This document shows, piece after piece, positions 17,606 through 27,086 of a stretch of 64,000 bases of DNA. The notes beneath the pieces are model-generated. The model was given only the letters and a program-made list of their open reading frames with translations, was not told where the DNA came from and did not search any database. Made by a program: the position numbers and the translations under genes. This DNA comes from Ruminococcaceae bacterium UBA1236 (lineage in GTDB: Bacteria; Bacillota; Clostridia; Oscillospirales; Acutalibacteraceae). Every line of letters begins with the position of its first letter. Position 1 is the stretch's first letter. The stretch lies in contig DBWO01000046.1 of assembly GCA_002309055.1 (NCBI GenBank), forward strand, positions 41,865-105,864, read 5' to 3'.

Positions 17606-19135
17606 ATGAACAAAGGATTTATCAAAAAAACAACCGCAGCATTACTCATCATCGCAACACTTTTGACCCTTTGCTCCTGCTCATCGGGAACAGCGTCAAT
17701 CAAAAAGGGCGTTGACCTGGTCTTCACAGGCGCAAACGGCCACGCAAAAGCATCCGTCAACGCGGATTACGAAACGCTCGGCAAAAGCATCAACGCAAAA
17801 AAAGCCGCAAAGTATTATGCAAAGCTTACAAGCGCCTCCTTCGGCGGCGCTCTGACCGACGCGGTGCTCAGCGAAGAGAGTGACCCGGACCGCCTTTTCA
17901 GGACATTTTTCAGGCTGGTAATCGCCGACAACTCCAATGAGCTTAAAAACGGCGACAAGGTAACGGTCAATGTTGAAGTTTCCGAGTATATGGAAATGTT
18001 GGGCCAGACTTTCAAGGATGTTAAAAAAGGCACAGGATGCAATGTGCCCGAAACGCTTGAATTTAAGGTAAGCGGTCTTGAAGACGCCAAAGAAATTGAC
18101 GCTTTTGCAAATCTCAGCAAAATCGTTAAGTTTAAGGGTGCAAACGGCCATGCAAAAGCTTATATCGACATCGATGAGGATTACAGTGTTGCCGACGGCA
18201 CCGTAACGGTTTCATACGGCGGCTACGATAACTATCTTAAAGTCAGCGCAGGCGGCACCGATATCACATCCGTGAAGGTCACTGTTGAAGAAAACGAAAA
18301 CCTTAACAAGGGCGACAAAGTTGCTGTTTCCTTTGAAGATTCAGAATCACTCAATAACAGGCTGATGGATTACGGCTATGTTCTCAAAGCAGAAACCGCA
18401 AACGCGACCGTGCCCGATCTCGGCGAAGCAACCGAATTTGACATTCTCTCGAAGGTCAAGGATTATGTTGTTTTCCGCGGAGCCAACGGTGACGGAAAGG
18501 CCTTTATCTCGATACCCGATAAAACCGAATTCAAGCTCGGAGATATTTATTTCAAGAGACCCACATTCCGACAGGACAGCCTGGATATGATTTATGACAA
18601 CAAGGAGATAGGCGGCATCAGCTTTGAAATAGAAGAGGGCGGCACTCTGAAAGAGGGCGACAAGGTTGAACTGAAACTCAACACGGACTCCTACGCCCTT
18701 GATACCCTTGAGGAACACAATATTTACCCCAAAACAAATAAACTTGAGCTCACCGTGCCCGATCTCGGCAGCTACATAAACTCCGCCGATGAGCTTACAG
18801 CCGAAGACATCGCTTTCCTCAAAAAGCACGCGCTCGACGAAGCGGCAAAAGACCTGGATGTTCCCGTAACATTCTATGCCGTTTACTTCGGCAAAATCAA
18901 AGACAGCGCCGCGCACAAGTACAGCGGCAAGGGCGTAGTCAAGGTTATTTATTATTACGAACAGACCTTTATTATCTCAACAACAACTGTCGGCGAGAGC
19001 TACGATTATTACGACCTGTGCAAAGATTCAAAAGGCAACATATTGTTCGGCGAAACACAAACCACCGGTTGCTCATCAAGCGACACACTTGTTGAAGATT
19101 TTGACCGGAACTACACATACAGCAAATTAGGATAA
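17606..19135 (+). CDS. Lipoprotein with three internal repeats
   Basis: Lipobox-like LLTLCSC; three F.GANG..KA units, each with a L..GDKV motif. Confidence 0.75.
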   Translation: MNKGFIKKTTAALLIIATLLTLCSCSSGTASIKKGVDLVFTGANGHAKASVNADYETLGKSINAKKAAKYYAKLTSASFGGALTDAVLSEESDPDRLFRTFFRLVIADNSNELKNGDKVTVNVEVSEYMEMLGQTFKDVKKGTGCNVPETLEFKVSGLEDAKEIDAFANLSKIVKFKGANGHAKAYIDIDEDYSVADGTVTVSYGGYDNYLKVSAGGTDITSVKVTVEENENLNKGDKVAVSFEDSESLNNRLMDYGYVLKAETANATVPDLGEATEFDILSKVKDYVVFRGANGDGKAFISIPDKTEFKLGDIYFKRPTFRQDSLDMIYDNKEIGGISFEIEEGGTLKEGDKVELKLNTDSYALDTLEEHNIYPKTNKLELTVPDLGSYINSADELTAEDIAFLKKHALDEAAKDLDVPVTFYAVYFGKIKDSAAHKYSGKGVVKVIYYYEQTFIISTTTVGESYDYYDLCKDSKGNILFGETQTTGCSSSDTLVEDFDRNYTYSKLG

Positions 19136-19151
19136 CAAACCGGATATAATG

Positions 19152-19202
19152 AACCGGCCCTGCGTTGAAGGACACCCGACCTTCGCAGGGCCGGTTTTTT
19201 TG
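19152..19202 (+). terminator. Rho-independent terminator
   Basis: aaccggccctgcg...cgcagggccggtt followed by a T tract. Confidence 0.75.
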
Positions 19203-19270
19203 ATTGATTTTGCGTGTTGTGAAGTGTAAAATAAAAACATATAAGGAAAGAATGCGAAACGGAGAGAATT

Positions 19271-21217
19271 ATGAGAAACACCATTATTGAAAAAAACAGG
19301 ATAACATTCACAAGGGCAAACGAGCTCGTCAGAATAACTCCCTGCGGCAAAAACGCCCTGCGATTTGAGGCGTTTCCGGGCGGGAGAGCTTATGATGAAA
19401 ACTTTACTCTTATGCCCCGTGAAGCAAACGCGGAAATCGAGGAGCGCGGCTACTGCGTTTTTATGGAAAACGGCAGCGCAAAGCTGCAGCTTGAGGAAAG
19501 CGGCAAGGTCACCGCTTACAGCGGCGGCAGGGCGGTCCTTGAGGAAATGCCGGAGCTCGCCTTTAACAGCGGATACCGGCACTATGAGAGAAAAAACGGC
19601 TCTCTGTCCGCCCGCATCACCTTTAAAAGCAGAGAGGGCGAGCATTTTTACGGCCTGGGCCACGAAGCAAGCGGAAAATTTGACCTGAAGGGCTGCTCGT
19701 TTGACCTGAGGCACGTGAACGCAAAATGCACAATCCCGTTTGTTTATTCCTCGCTCGGTTACGGCTTTATCTGGAATAATCCCGCCGTGGGAACCGTGGA
19801 ACTCTCCGAAAACAGAACCCGCTGGAGCGCCGGCTCAACCGGCAAAATAGATTTTGTGTTTATCGCGGGAAATCCCATGGAGGTTAGCGAAACTCTTGCC
19901 GACATCACCGGGCACGCTCCGGTTATGCCTCACTGGGCAACCGGATTCTGGCAGAGCCGCCTGAGATATGAAACGCAGGAGGACTTGCTAGAGGTGGCAA
20001 GGCGCTACAAAGAAGAGAATATCCCTCTGTCGGTGATAATCTGCGATTACTTTCACTGGACGGAGCAGGGCGATTATAAATTTGACCCCCGTTACTGGCC
20101 CGATGTTAAGGCGATGACGGATGAGTTGCACGCAATGGGCACAAAGCTTGTTGTGTCAATGTGGCCCACAATCAACGAAAAATCCGAAAATTATTCTTTT
20201 ATGCGCGATAATAATATGCTGATTAAAACGCAGAGCGGTTCCGACAGAGTTTTTGATTTTTACGGCCCTCAGGCGGAAATTGACGTCACAAACCCCGCAA
20301 CGCGCAAATTCGTTTTTTCAAAGCTCAGGGAAAACTACCTTGACCGCGGCGTTGACGGGCTTTGGTTTGACGAAGCGGAGCCCGAAATACATCCCGAGGA
20401 TTTTCATAACCTGATTTTCCATATCGGCAAAGGCGATGAATACGGACTTATATATCCGTATTATTATTCCAAAATGGCATATGACGGCTTCGCGGAGATG
20501 GGCGAAACCCCCGTTGTGCTCACAAGAGCGGCTTACCTCGGCTCGCAGCAATTCGGTGCGCTTGTGTGGAGCGGCGACATCCCCTCAACCTTTGAGAGCC
20601 TTGCCGCGCAGGTGAAAGCAGGGCTTAATATGTCTGTGTGCGGAATCCCGTGGTGGAATACCGATATCGGCGGCTTCTGGGGCGGCGACACTGAAAGCGA
20701 TGAGTTCAGGGAGCTCATAGTGCGCTGGTTCCAATACGGAGTTTTTTCACCCGTTATGCGTTTGCACGGCAACAGAAACCGCCACGGCGAGAAGAAGCGC
20801 GATGTGAAGGAACCGTCCGGCGATCCGAATGAAATCTGGAGTTTCGGCGAGCGCAATTTTGCTGTTCTGAAAGACCTGGTGCTGCTTCGTGAGCGCCTGA
20901 GGCCGTATATTGAAAAGCATATGGAAATTGCCGCCGAAAAGGGATACCCCGTTATGCGTCCGATGTTTTTTGATTACCCGGGCGATGAAATCTGCTACAC
21001 CCTGGGTGAGCAGTATATGTTCGGCAGCGATATCCTTTTTGCTCCGGTAGTGAACAGAGGGCAGACCCTGAAGGATGTTTATCTGTCCGCAGGCGAATGG
21101 GTTCACACCGGAACAAAGGAAACCTACGCGCCGGGATGGCATACGGTAAAAGCGGAAATTGACAGCTTTGTCGCCTTTGTCAGAAAAGGAGCAAAAGTGC
21201 TTGACTGCTTCGCCTGA
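19271..21217 (+). CDS. Glycoside hydrolase family 31 (alpha-xylosidase/glucosidase-like)
   Basis: WFDEAEPE nucleophile motif, VWSGDI, WNTDIGGF, RLHG, PVMRPMF. Confidence 0.93.
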   Translation: MRNTIIEKNRITFTRANELVRITPCGKNALRFEAFPGGRAYDENFTLMPREANAEIEERGYCVFMENGSAKLQLEESGKVTAYSGGRAVLEEMPELAFNSGYRHYERKNGSLSARITFKSREGEHFYGLGHEASGKFDLKGCSFDLRHVNAKCTIPFVYSSLGYGFIWNNPAVGTVELSENRTRWSAGSTGKIDFVFIAGNPMEVSETLADITGHAPVMPHWATGFWQSRLRYETQEDLLEVARRYKEENIPLSVIICDYFHWTEQGDYKFDPRYWPDVKAMTDELHAMGTKLVVSMWPTINEKSENYSFMRDNNMLIKTQSGSDRVFDFYGPQAEIDVTNPATRKFVFSKLRENYLDRGVDGLWFDEAEPEIHPEDFHNLIFHIGKGDEYGLIYPYYYSKMAYDGFAEMGETPVVLTRAAYLGSQQFGALVWSGDIPSTFESLAAQVKAGLNMSVCGIPWWNTDIGGFWGGDTESDEFRELIVRWFQYGVFSPVMRLHGNRNRHGEKKRDVKEPSGDPNEIWSFGERNFAVLKDLVLLRERLRPYIEKHMEIAAEKGYPVMRPMFFDYPGDEICYTLGEQYMFGSDILFAPVVNRGQTLKDVYLSAGEWVHTGTKETYAPGWHTVKAEIDSFVAFVRKGAKVLDCFA

Positions 21218-21238
21218 CTCCGCGCATTAAAAACACAC

Positions 21239-21269
21239 AAAAGCACCTGCCCGCAGGCAGGTGCTTTTT
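21239..21269. terminator. Bidirectional terminator between convergent genes
   Basis: aaaagcacctgcc-cgca-ggcaggtgctttt. Confidence 0.85.
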
Positions 21270-21283
21270 GATGTACAGTGCTG

Positions 21284-21970
21284 TTATCTTGATTTGCCGA
21301 ACATTTTTTTGCGGGGATTTCTTGCCTTGTAGTCGGCGTCGATGTCGGCGGACCAGTTATCTGCGACGGCGCAGCCGGCTCTGAAGTTGCCCATGGTTCT
21401 GCTCACGCTCTCAAACACAACTCCGGTACCCTTGCTGTCGGCGTTGTAGTTTACGGCTCTTTCGGGAGCAATGCCGTAATGCTTCGCGGTTTCAACGGCG
21501 TCGATGTTCGCGCCGACGAAGAGGAATTCCCAGCCGTATTTCTCCTTTTCCTTCTCAACCATCTTTTTGACCTTGTCACTCGAGTAAATACGGCTCGCGT
21601 TTTCATAGCCGTCCGTTGTGATGACAAACATGGTGTGCTCGGGCACATCTTCGGGGCGGGCGTACTTATGGATGTTGGCGATGTGGTGGATTGCGCAGCC
21701 GATTGCGTCAATCAGCGCGGTGCATCCGCCTACCTGATAATCGTCATCTGTCATCTCTTTGACCTCGGAGAGGTCGACTCTGTCGTGAATCACTTCGCTC
21801 ACGGAATTGAAGAGCACGGTTGAAACGAAGCACTTGCCGTCCTGCTTCTTCTGCTTTGCTATAAGGGAATTGAAGCCGCCTATGGTGTCGCTCTCGAGCC
21901 CGGCCATTGAGCCGCTGCGGTCAAGAATGAATACAAGCTCGGTGATTCCGTTTTTTACAGTTTCTTTCAT
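21284..21970 (-). CDS. von Willebrand factor A (VWA) domain protein, cytoplasmic
   Basis: MIDAS ILDRSGSM, GCTALIDA, ITTDGYENAS, FLFVGAN; AGGAGG RBS before ATG 21970. Confidence 0.9.
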   Translation of the reverse strand: MKETVKNGITELVFILDRSGSMAGLESDTIGGFNSLIAKQKKQDGKCFVSTVLFNSVSEVIHDRVDLSEVKEMTDDDYQVGGCTALIDAIGCAIHHIANIHKYARPEDVPEHTMFVITTDGYENASRIYSSDKVKKMVEKEKEKYGWEFLFVGANIDAVETAKHYGIAPERAVNYNADSKGTGVVFESVSRTMGNFRAGCAVADNWSADIDADYKARNPRKKMFGKSR

Positions 21971-22027
21971 TGTAATAACCTCCTGAAATTTAAATGTGGC
22001 TGTTCGGTTTCTCAACCTTACAGCCAC

Positions 22028-22071
22028 ATTATATACGGATTTTTTGCCCGGGAGGTCGCCTGCGAAGCGAC
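22028..22071 (-). promoter_or_regulatory. Promoter of the VWA gene with an upstream inverted repeat
   Basis: Minus-strand TATAAT (22028-22033) and GTCGC-N7-GCGAC (22055-22071). Confidence 0.5.
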
Positions 22072-22078
22072 AAATTTT

Positions 22079-23395
22079 TCAGCTCTTTACTCCGCCGAGG
22101 AGAGGCTGATCAAATTCAAACAGCGCTTCGTTTATGGTGAATATATTATAAATACCTTTGTTTATGAAATATTCCACTATTATATCGGCCTTGTTGCTGT
22201 GCGAGAGAGCAAATCCGGCTTTTCTGAGCATTTCGTTTGTTTCCTCGGGCGGAAGCTCAAGCGCTATCGCGAAAGCAAGCACGGTGCTTTTGCTGGGCTT
22301 ATAATTGACATCTCCCCGTATTCTCGAAAACAGGCGGCGGTCGATATTAGCTTTCTTGTAGCACTGCGCGTCGGTCATATTCTTCTCATCGATTTTTCTC
22401 AGAAGCATCTGTGAAAAGCTCTCGTCAATCTCTTTGAGAATGTCCGTGAGGGCTTCTTCGCTGTCGGATTCATAAACCGCTTCGTTGAAAGTGTTGCACG
22501 GCATCTGAAATGAAGCGGGATGTGATGAAGCGCAGGGTGAAGGTGCTTCTTCAGACGCATCAAGGAGGGAAAGGTCAAATGCAGACCCGGCTTTTTCGCT
22601 CTTCTTTTTGCTTCTCTTTTCGCGCTTTTTTTCGCTCTTTTCCGGCTCGGGAGCCGCATTTTTTTCAAAATCAAATAAAACCGGCGGCCCGGATGTTCTG
22701 CTCCCGCAGTTTCCGCAATATAAATCTTCCTCTTCTATTACCGCGCCGCAGTTGCGGCAATGCTTTGCCGGAATTCTTTGGCTCTGATATGCGCCCGAAG
22801 CCGGAATGTAATTGAAAAAGGCCGGGTTGGAAGGTGTCTCGTTCATTTGCGGGCGTTCTGCGGGCCCGGGGATTATGTTTCCGCTGATATAATCGGCGAT
22901 GTCATCCCTCAGGGTTTTGCTTATGCTGTAGCCCTCTTCATCGTGCACAACAAGGTAAACGAGCATATCGCTGCCTGCGAGGAAACGCTCAATTTCTTTG
23001 ACCGCGATGTCAATTCCCTTGTCCTTCGGGAAACCGAAAGTGCCCGTGGCGATGAGCGGAAAAGCGATGCTCTGACAGCCGTTTTCCGCCGCAAGAACGA
23101 GCGAGTTTCTGTAACAGCTTTCAAGCGCGCCGTAGGAAACATAGCCGCTTTCATCCTTTTTCGGCCCTACCGTGTGAATAACATATCTGCACGGCAGATT
23201 GAATGCAGGTGTGATTTTCGCCTGCCCTTCCTCAATGGTGCCCAGCAAACGGCATTCCTCCGTAAGGGCGGGACCCGCGGCGGCGTGAATGGCATAATCG
23301 GCGCCGCCCGAGCCGCTCATAAAGGAGTCGGTCGGGTTTACGATAGCGTCACACACCATCCTCGTTATGTCGTTTCTGATAATTTCAAGCGGCAT
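22079..23395 (-). CDS. Macrodomain (O-acetyl-ADP-ribose deacetylase-like) + zinc ribbon + C-terminal XRE-like HTH protein
   Basis: DIT...DAIVNP...GSGGAD.AIH..AG, YVIHTVGP, SIAFPLIATGTFGFP; CRNC...CGNC; CYKKANIDRRLFSRI...KPSK. Confidence 0.88.
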   Translation of the reverse strand: MPLEIIRNDITRMVCDAIVNPTDSFMSGSGGADYAIHAAAGPALTEECRLLGTIEEGQAKITPAFNLPCRYVIHTVGPKKDESGYVSYGALESCYRNSLVLAAENGCQSIAFPLIATGTFGFPKDKGIDIAVKEIERFLAGSDMLVYLVVHDEEGYSISKTLRDDIADYISGNIIPGPAERPQMNETPSNPAFFNYIPASGAYQSQRIPAKHCRNCGAVIEEEDLYCGNCGSRTSGPPVLFDFEKNAAPEPEKSEKKREKRSKKKSEKAGSAFDLSLLDASEEAPSPCASSHPASFQMPCNTFNEAVYESDSEEALTDILKEIDESFSQMLLRKIDEKNMTDAQCYKKANIDRRLFSRIRGDVNYKPSKSTVLAFAIALELPPEETNEMLRKAGFALSHSNKADIIVEYFINKGIYNIFTINEALFEFDQPLLGGVKS

Positions 23396-23399
23396 TCCA

Positions 23400-24773
23400 T
23401 CACTCCCTGACAGCCGTTGCGGAATCTGTTTTCTTAATCGGATAATGCTTCTTTCTCAGATAGAAATACGCGGCGAAGTGAACAAAGAATGTAACTCCCC
23501 ACGATACGGGGTAGGAGATATAAAGAAAATCGAGCGTGCGTTTAAACGGAAGCAGGAAGAAAACCCATATGAGCCTTATGCCGCATCCGCCGAGCAGTGA
23601 TATGAGCATGGGCTGCACACTCTTGCCCATTCCCCTGAGCTGGCTTCCGCCCACATCCATAAGGGAGCAGAAGAAAAAGAAGGGCATTATGAATCTCATC
23701 CTGCCTACGGCTATGGGAACAACCGCGGCGTCACTTGTGAATATTGAGATTATCTGCGGCGAGAGAGCGAAACCTATCCAGCCGATTGTAACGCCGATTG
23801 CCGTGGCGCAGATAACGCAGATGCGGTAAACCCTGCCGATATTCTCATGTTTTCTCGCGCCCACATTCTGCGAGGTGAAGGTCATTGTCGTCTGGGCGAT
23901 GGCGTTTGTGCAGGTGTAGATGTAGCCGTCAAAGTTTGAACCGGCGGCGATGCCTGCCATGGCGCTCGAGCCGAAGGAATTTACGTTTGACTGAATGATA
24001 ACATTTGAGAATGAGAAAAGCATATTCTGCACACCGGCGGGAACGCCTATGCGCAGGATTTCCATGAGCTCCGCCTTCTGCAGTTTAAGATCTTTGATTA
24101 TAAGGCGGCATTCGCTGTCGAGGCGGCAGAGATGAATTACCGCGAAGATTGCCGCGAGAGTCTGCGAAATGACCGTGGGTATCGCCACGCCCTCAACTCC
24201 GAGATGAAATTTTATGACAAAAAGGAGGTTGAGGAGCACGTTAATAAATCCCGTTGAGGAGAGGATAACGAAGGGCGTTTTCGTGTCGCCCGTTGCCCTG
24301 ATTACAGACGCGCCGAAATTGAAAACAAGCATTGTCGGCGAGCCGAGGAAATATAGCTTGAGGTAGAGAGAGGCGAGCTTTATGACGTCCTCCGGCACCT
24401 TCATAAGGCGGAGCATTCCCGCGCTGAAGAAAAAGCCGATTGCCGCGAGCAGAGCACCCGAAATGAGTGAGATGAGCATTGCGCTGTGCACGCAGTCGTG
24501 AATTTTTGTTTCGTCTTTTTCGCCGATGTGCCTAGCCGTGACAACGCCGCTGCCCATTGAAAGACCGATAAACAGATTTACAAACAGGTTGATGAGCGAG
24601 CCCGTTGACCCTACGGCCGCGAGCGCTTCCTTGCCTACAAATCTGCCCACAACGGCGATATCAGCCGAGTGATAGAGGAGCTGCAGCAGACCCGTCAGCA
24701 TAAGGGGCACGGCAAAAACGAGGATTTTGCTCAGAAACGGTCCCGATGTCATATCGATTTCTTTTCGTTTCAC
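23400..24773 (-). CDS. MATE family efflux transporter
   Basis: DMTSGP..KIL.FA.P, AVG, RA.GD.KTP, about 12 TM segments. Confidence 0.93.
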   Translation of the reverse strand: MKRKEIDMTSGPFLSKILVFAVPLMLTGLLQLLYHSADIAVVGRFVGKEALAAVGSTGSLINLFVNLFIGLSMGSGVVTARHIGEKDETKIHDCVHSAMLISLISGALLAAIGFFFSAGMLRLMKVPEDVIKLASLYLKLYFLGSPTMLVFNFGASVIRATGDTKTPFVILSSTGFINVLLNLLFVIKFHLGVEGVAIPTVISQTLAAIFAVIHLCRLDSECRLIIKDLKLQKAELMEILRIGVPAGVQNMLFSFSNVIIQSNVNSFGSSAMAGIAAGSNFDGYIYTCTNAIAQTTMTFTSQNVGARKHENIGRVYRICVICATAIGVTIGWIGFALSPQIISIFTSDAAVVPIAVGRMRFIMPFFFFCSLMDVGGSQLRGMGKSVQPMLISLLGGCGIRLIWVFFLLPFKRTLDFLYISYPVSWGVTFFVHFAAYFYLRKKHYPIKKTDSATAVRE

Positions 24774-25012
24774 TTCTTTTTTCTCTTTTCCCTTAAGATT
24801 ATACGGCTATTTTACGCCTTTAATCGCGATTTGTAAATGCTCATTTGCACTAAATATAGAAGAAATTTGCGATATTTCCTCTGCAAAAAGGCACATATTG
24901 ATTTATAAAATTTTTCTCAAAAATAATTTGCTTTTACATAAATATATGATATAATATCTTTCAGACTTAATTTCGAGAAAGGAGTGACTGCCGGTTTACC
25001 CGGCGCTTAATT

Positions 25013-26659
25013 ATGAGAAAACGTTTCCTTGCCGCTGTGCTGAGCCTGATTATAGCTTCTCTCGCGATTGTGACCCCGGCTTACGCGTCCGAAATCACGG
25101 GTTTCAAAGCGGACGGCAACAAAATTACTGCTGAAATAGCCGTTGACAGCGGCACAAAAATAGATAAGAGCAAGGTTACCGCCACACTTGACGGCAAAAC
25201 ACTTGCTACCGACAGCGTTGAAGTCGCGGGCGGGTCCACGGAATACATCGTGATGATAGACACTTCCCTCTCACTTTCAACCGCTCACTTCGAGGCACAG
25301 AAAAAGGCTGTCACCTCGCTCTACAATTCACTGGGCGAAAAAGACAACCTCATTCTCTACACATTCGATAAAAACAACAGCAAAATCCTTGACGGCACCG
25401 AAAAGAAAGAGGATGCCCTCAAAAAGATTTCCGCTCTCAAGGCCGCAGGTCAGGACACCGCTTTTTATGAGGCGATGGTAAAACTCACCGAAGAGGCGAA
25501 AGCGAGCAAAGCCGACAATGTGGTGCCTATCGTATTCTCCGACGGCGTTGAAACGCTTGACAAGGGCGCGAAGGCAAAGGCGGAGAAAGCCCTTTCCGAA
25601 TGCCCCGTTTCCGTTTACGGCATGTACCCGAGCGTTGAATCCGAAAAGGATTCCGCGGCTCTCAATGATTTGCTCAAGAAATCGGGAGGCAGCGCCACAG
25701 CGTTCAAGCCCGATAACGTTGAAAACAAGCTTGAAACCTACGCGGACAAGAAGGCCGCCGACAAAGCGACCGTCGTTTTCACCGCGGACGGCGAAATAGC
25801 CGCCAACGACTCGGCAAAGCTCAGCATTGACCTCGGCGACGGCAAGCCCGTCACGGCAGAGGGCAAAGTGAGCGAATGGAAAGCGGATCCTTCCGAAACA
25901 AAAGAATCCGCCGAAGAGAGCTCCGGTAAGGATGAAACTTCCGAAACCGCCGAAACAGGCGAAGCAACAACAAAGCAGAGCGGCGAGGCGGAAGGCCTTG
26001 ACATTACAAAGATTCTCATCCCTGTTGCCGCCGCGCTTGTGCTGCTGCTTATAGTTCTTCTGATATTCAGAAAGAAGGGCGGCAAGAAGCCCAAGGGTGA
26101 TGAGCCCGATGCTCCCGAATCGCCCGAAACTCCCGAGGTCCCCGAAGAAACAAAACCGGAAGAGCCGGAGCCCGAAGAGGAAACTCCCGCACAGGCAGAG
26201 CCCGAAGCTTCCGCCGAGCCGGAGAATGAGGAGCCGGAGAGCGAAGCCGGTGAAACCGCGGAAAGCGAAGAGACAAATGAAGCCGAAGGCGAACAGGCAG
26301 AGAATGCCGGCGCCGAAGCGGAGCTTTCCGAAGAGGAGCAGAGAGCCAAAGATGAAGAGGCCGCCGAAGCGGAAAGAGCCGCTAAGCAGAGAGCCGAAGA
26401 AAGAGCCAAGAGAAGAGCGGCAAACCTCGAAAAGGCAAAGATAGCCGCCGAGGCGAGAGCCGCGATGCTCGCTCAGATGGGCAGTGAAAACAAAGAGGCC
26501 GCCGAGGCGAAAGCCGAGCAGAGCGCACGCGACGCGAAGAAGGCCGAAAAAGAAGCTGCCGCCGCCGCAAAAGAGCGCGCCAAGAAAGAAAAGGCGAACA
26601 GGAAAAAGATGAAGGAAGAGGGAGCAAACTTCCAGTTTTACTTCGTCGATAAAAAGTAA
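25013..26659 (+). CDS. Type I membrane protein: extracellular VWA domain, TM helix, acidic and Ala/Lys/Glu-rich cytoplasmic tail
   Basis: Signal peptide; MIDTSLS, DTAFYEA, VFSDG; TM ILIPVAAALVLLLIVLLIF followed by RKK. Confidence 0.8.
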   Translation: MRKRFLAAVLSLIIASLAIVTPAYASEITGFKADGNKITAEIAVDSGTKIDKSKVTATLDGKTLATDSVEVAGGSTEYIVMIDTSLSLSTAHFEAQKKAVTSLYNSLGEKDNLILYTFDKNNSKILDGTEKKEDALKKISALKAAGQDTAFYEAMVKLTEEAKASKADNVVPIVFSDGVETLDKGAKAKAEKALSECPVSVYGMYPSVESEKDSAALNDLLKKSGGSATAFKPDNVENKLETYADKKAADKATVVFTADGEIAANDSAKLSIDLGDGKPVTAEGKVSEWKADPSETKESAEESSGKDETSETAETGEATTKQSGEAEGLDITKILIPVAAALVLLLIVLLIFRKKGGKKPKGDEPDAPESPETPEVPEETKPEEPEPEEETPAQAEPEASAEPENEEPESEAGETAESEETNEAEGEQAENAGAEAELSEEEQRAKDEEAAEAERAAKQRAEERAKRRAANLEKAKIAAEARAAMLAQMGSENKEAAEAKAEQSARDAKKAEKEAAAAAKERAKKEKANRKKMKEEGANFQFYFVDKK

Positions 26660-26674
26660 TTATTTCCGGCTTTT

Positions 26675-26749
26675 GCATTTAAGCGAAAAACAAAAAGACA
26701 AAGTATATGTTAAAGGCTCGCAGGATTTGTTTCCTGTGAGCCTCTTTTT
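26675..26749 (+). repeat. Repeated 3' element plus terminator hairpin, copy 1
   Basis: GCATTTAAGCGAAAA...gttaaag then ggctcgcagga/tcctgtgagcc stem and T tract. Confidence 0.7.
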
Positions 26750-26888
26750 CTTGTAAGATTAAAAGGTTAGTGCTTACAAATAAGGAATAATTATATGTCT
26801 TTTTCACCGCCTTTACTCGCTCGCCGTATCTGCATACTGTCTTCGCTCGTAAAAACGGCGTTTTCATCTTAACTGCAAAAGCCCCTGC

Positions 26889-26962
26889 GCATTTAAGCGA
26901 AAAGCAAACAGATAATTAAAGTTAAAGGGCTTGTATGCGGTCTTACATACGAGCCCTTTTTT
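26889..26962 (+). repeat. Repeated 3' element plus terminator hairpin, copy 2
   Basis: GCATTTAAGCGAAAA...gttaaag then gggcttgtatg/catacgagccc stem and T tract. Confidence 0.7.
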
Positions 26963-27086
26963 AATTGTTTTTGAACTGTTTTTCAACATATTGTGTTATT
27001 CTTGACAGCGGGCAACAATATATAATATAATGTAAAATAGATTATTATACACTTGTTATATACTCTTATTCAGCAAAGGAAATCAT

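Noticed and set aside
22760-23410. 216-aa plus-strand ORF
   Set aside because: Antisense to the macrodomain gene with no independent evidence.
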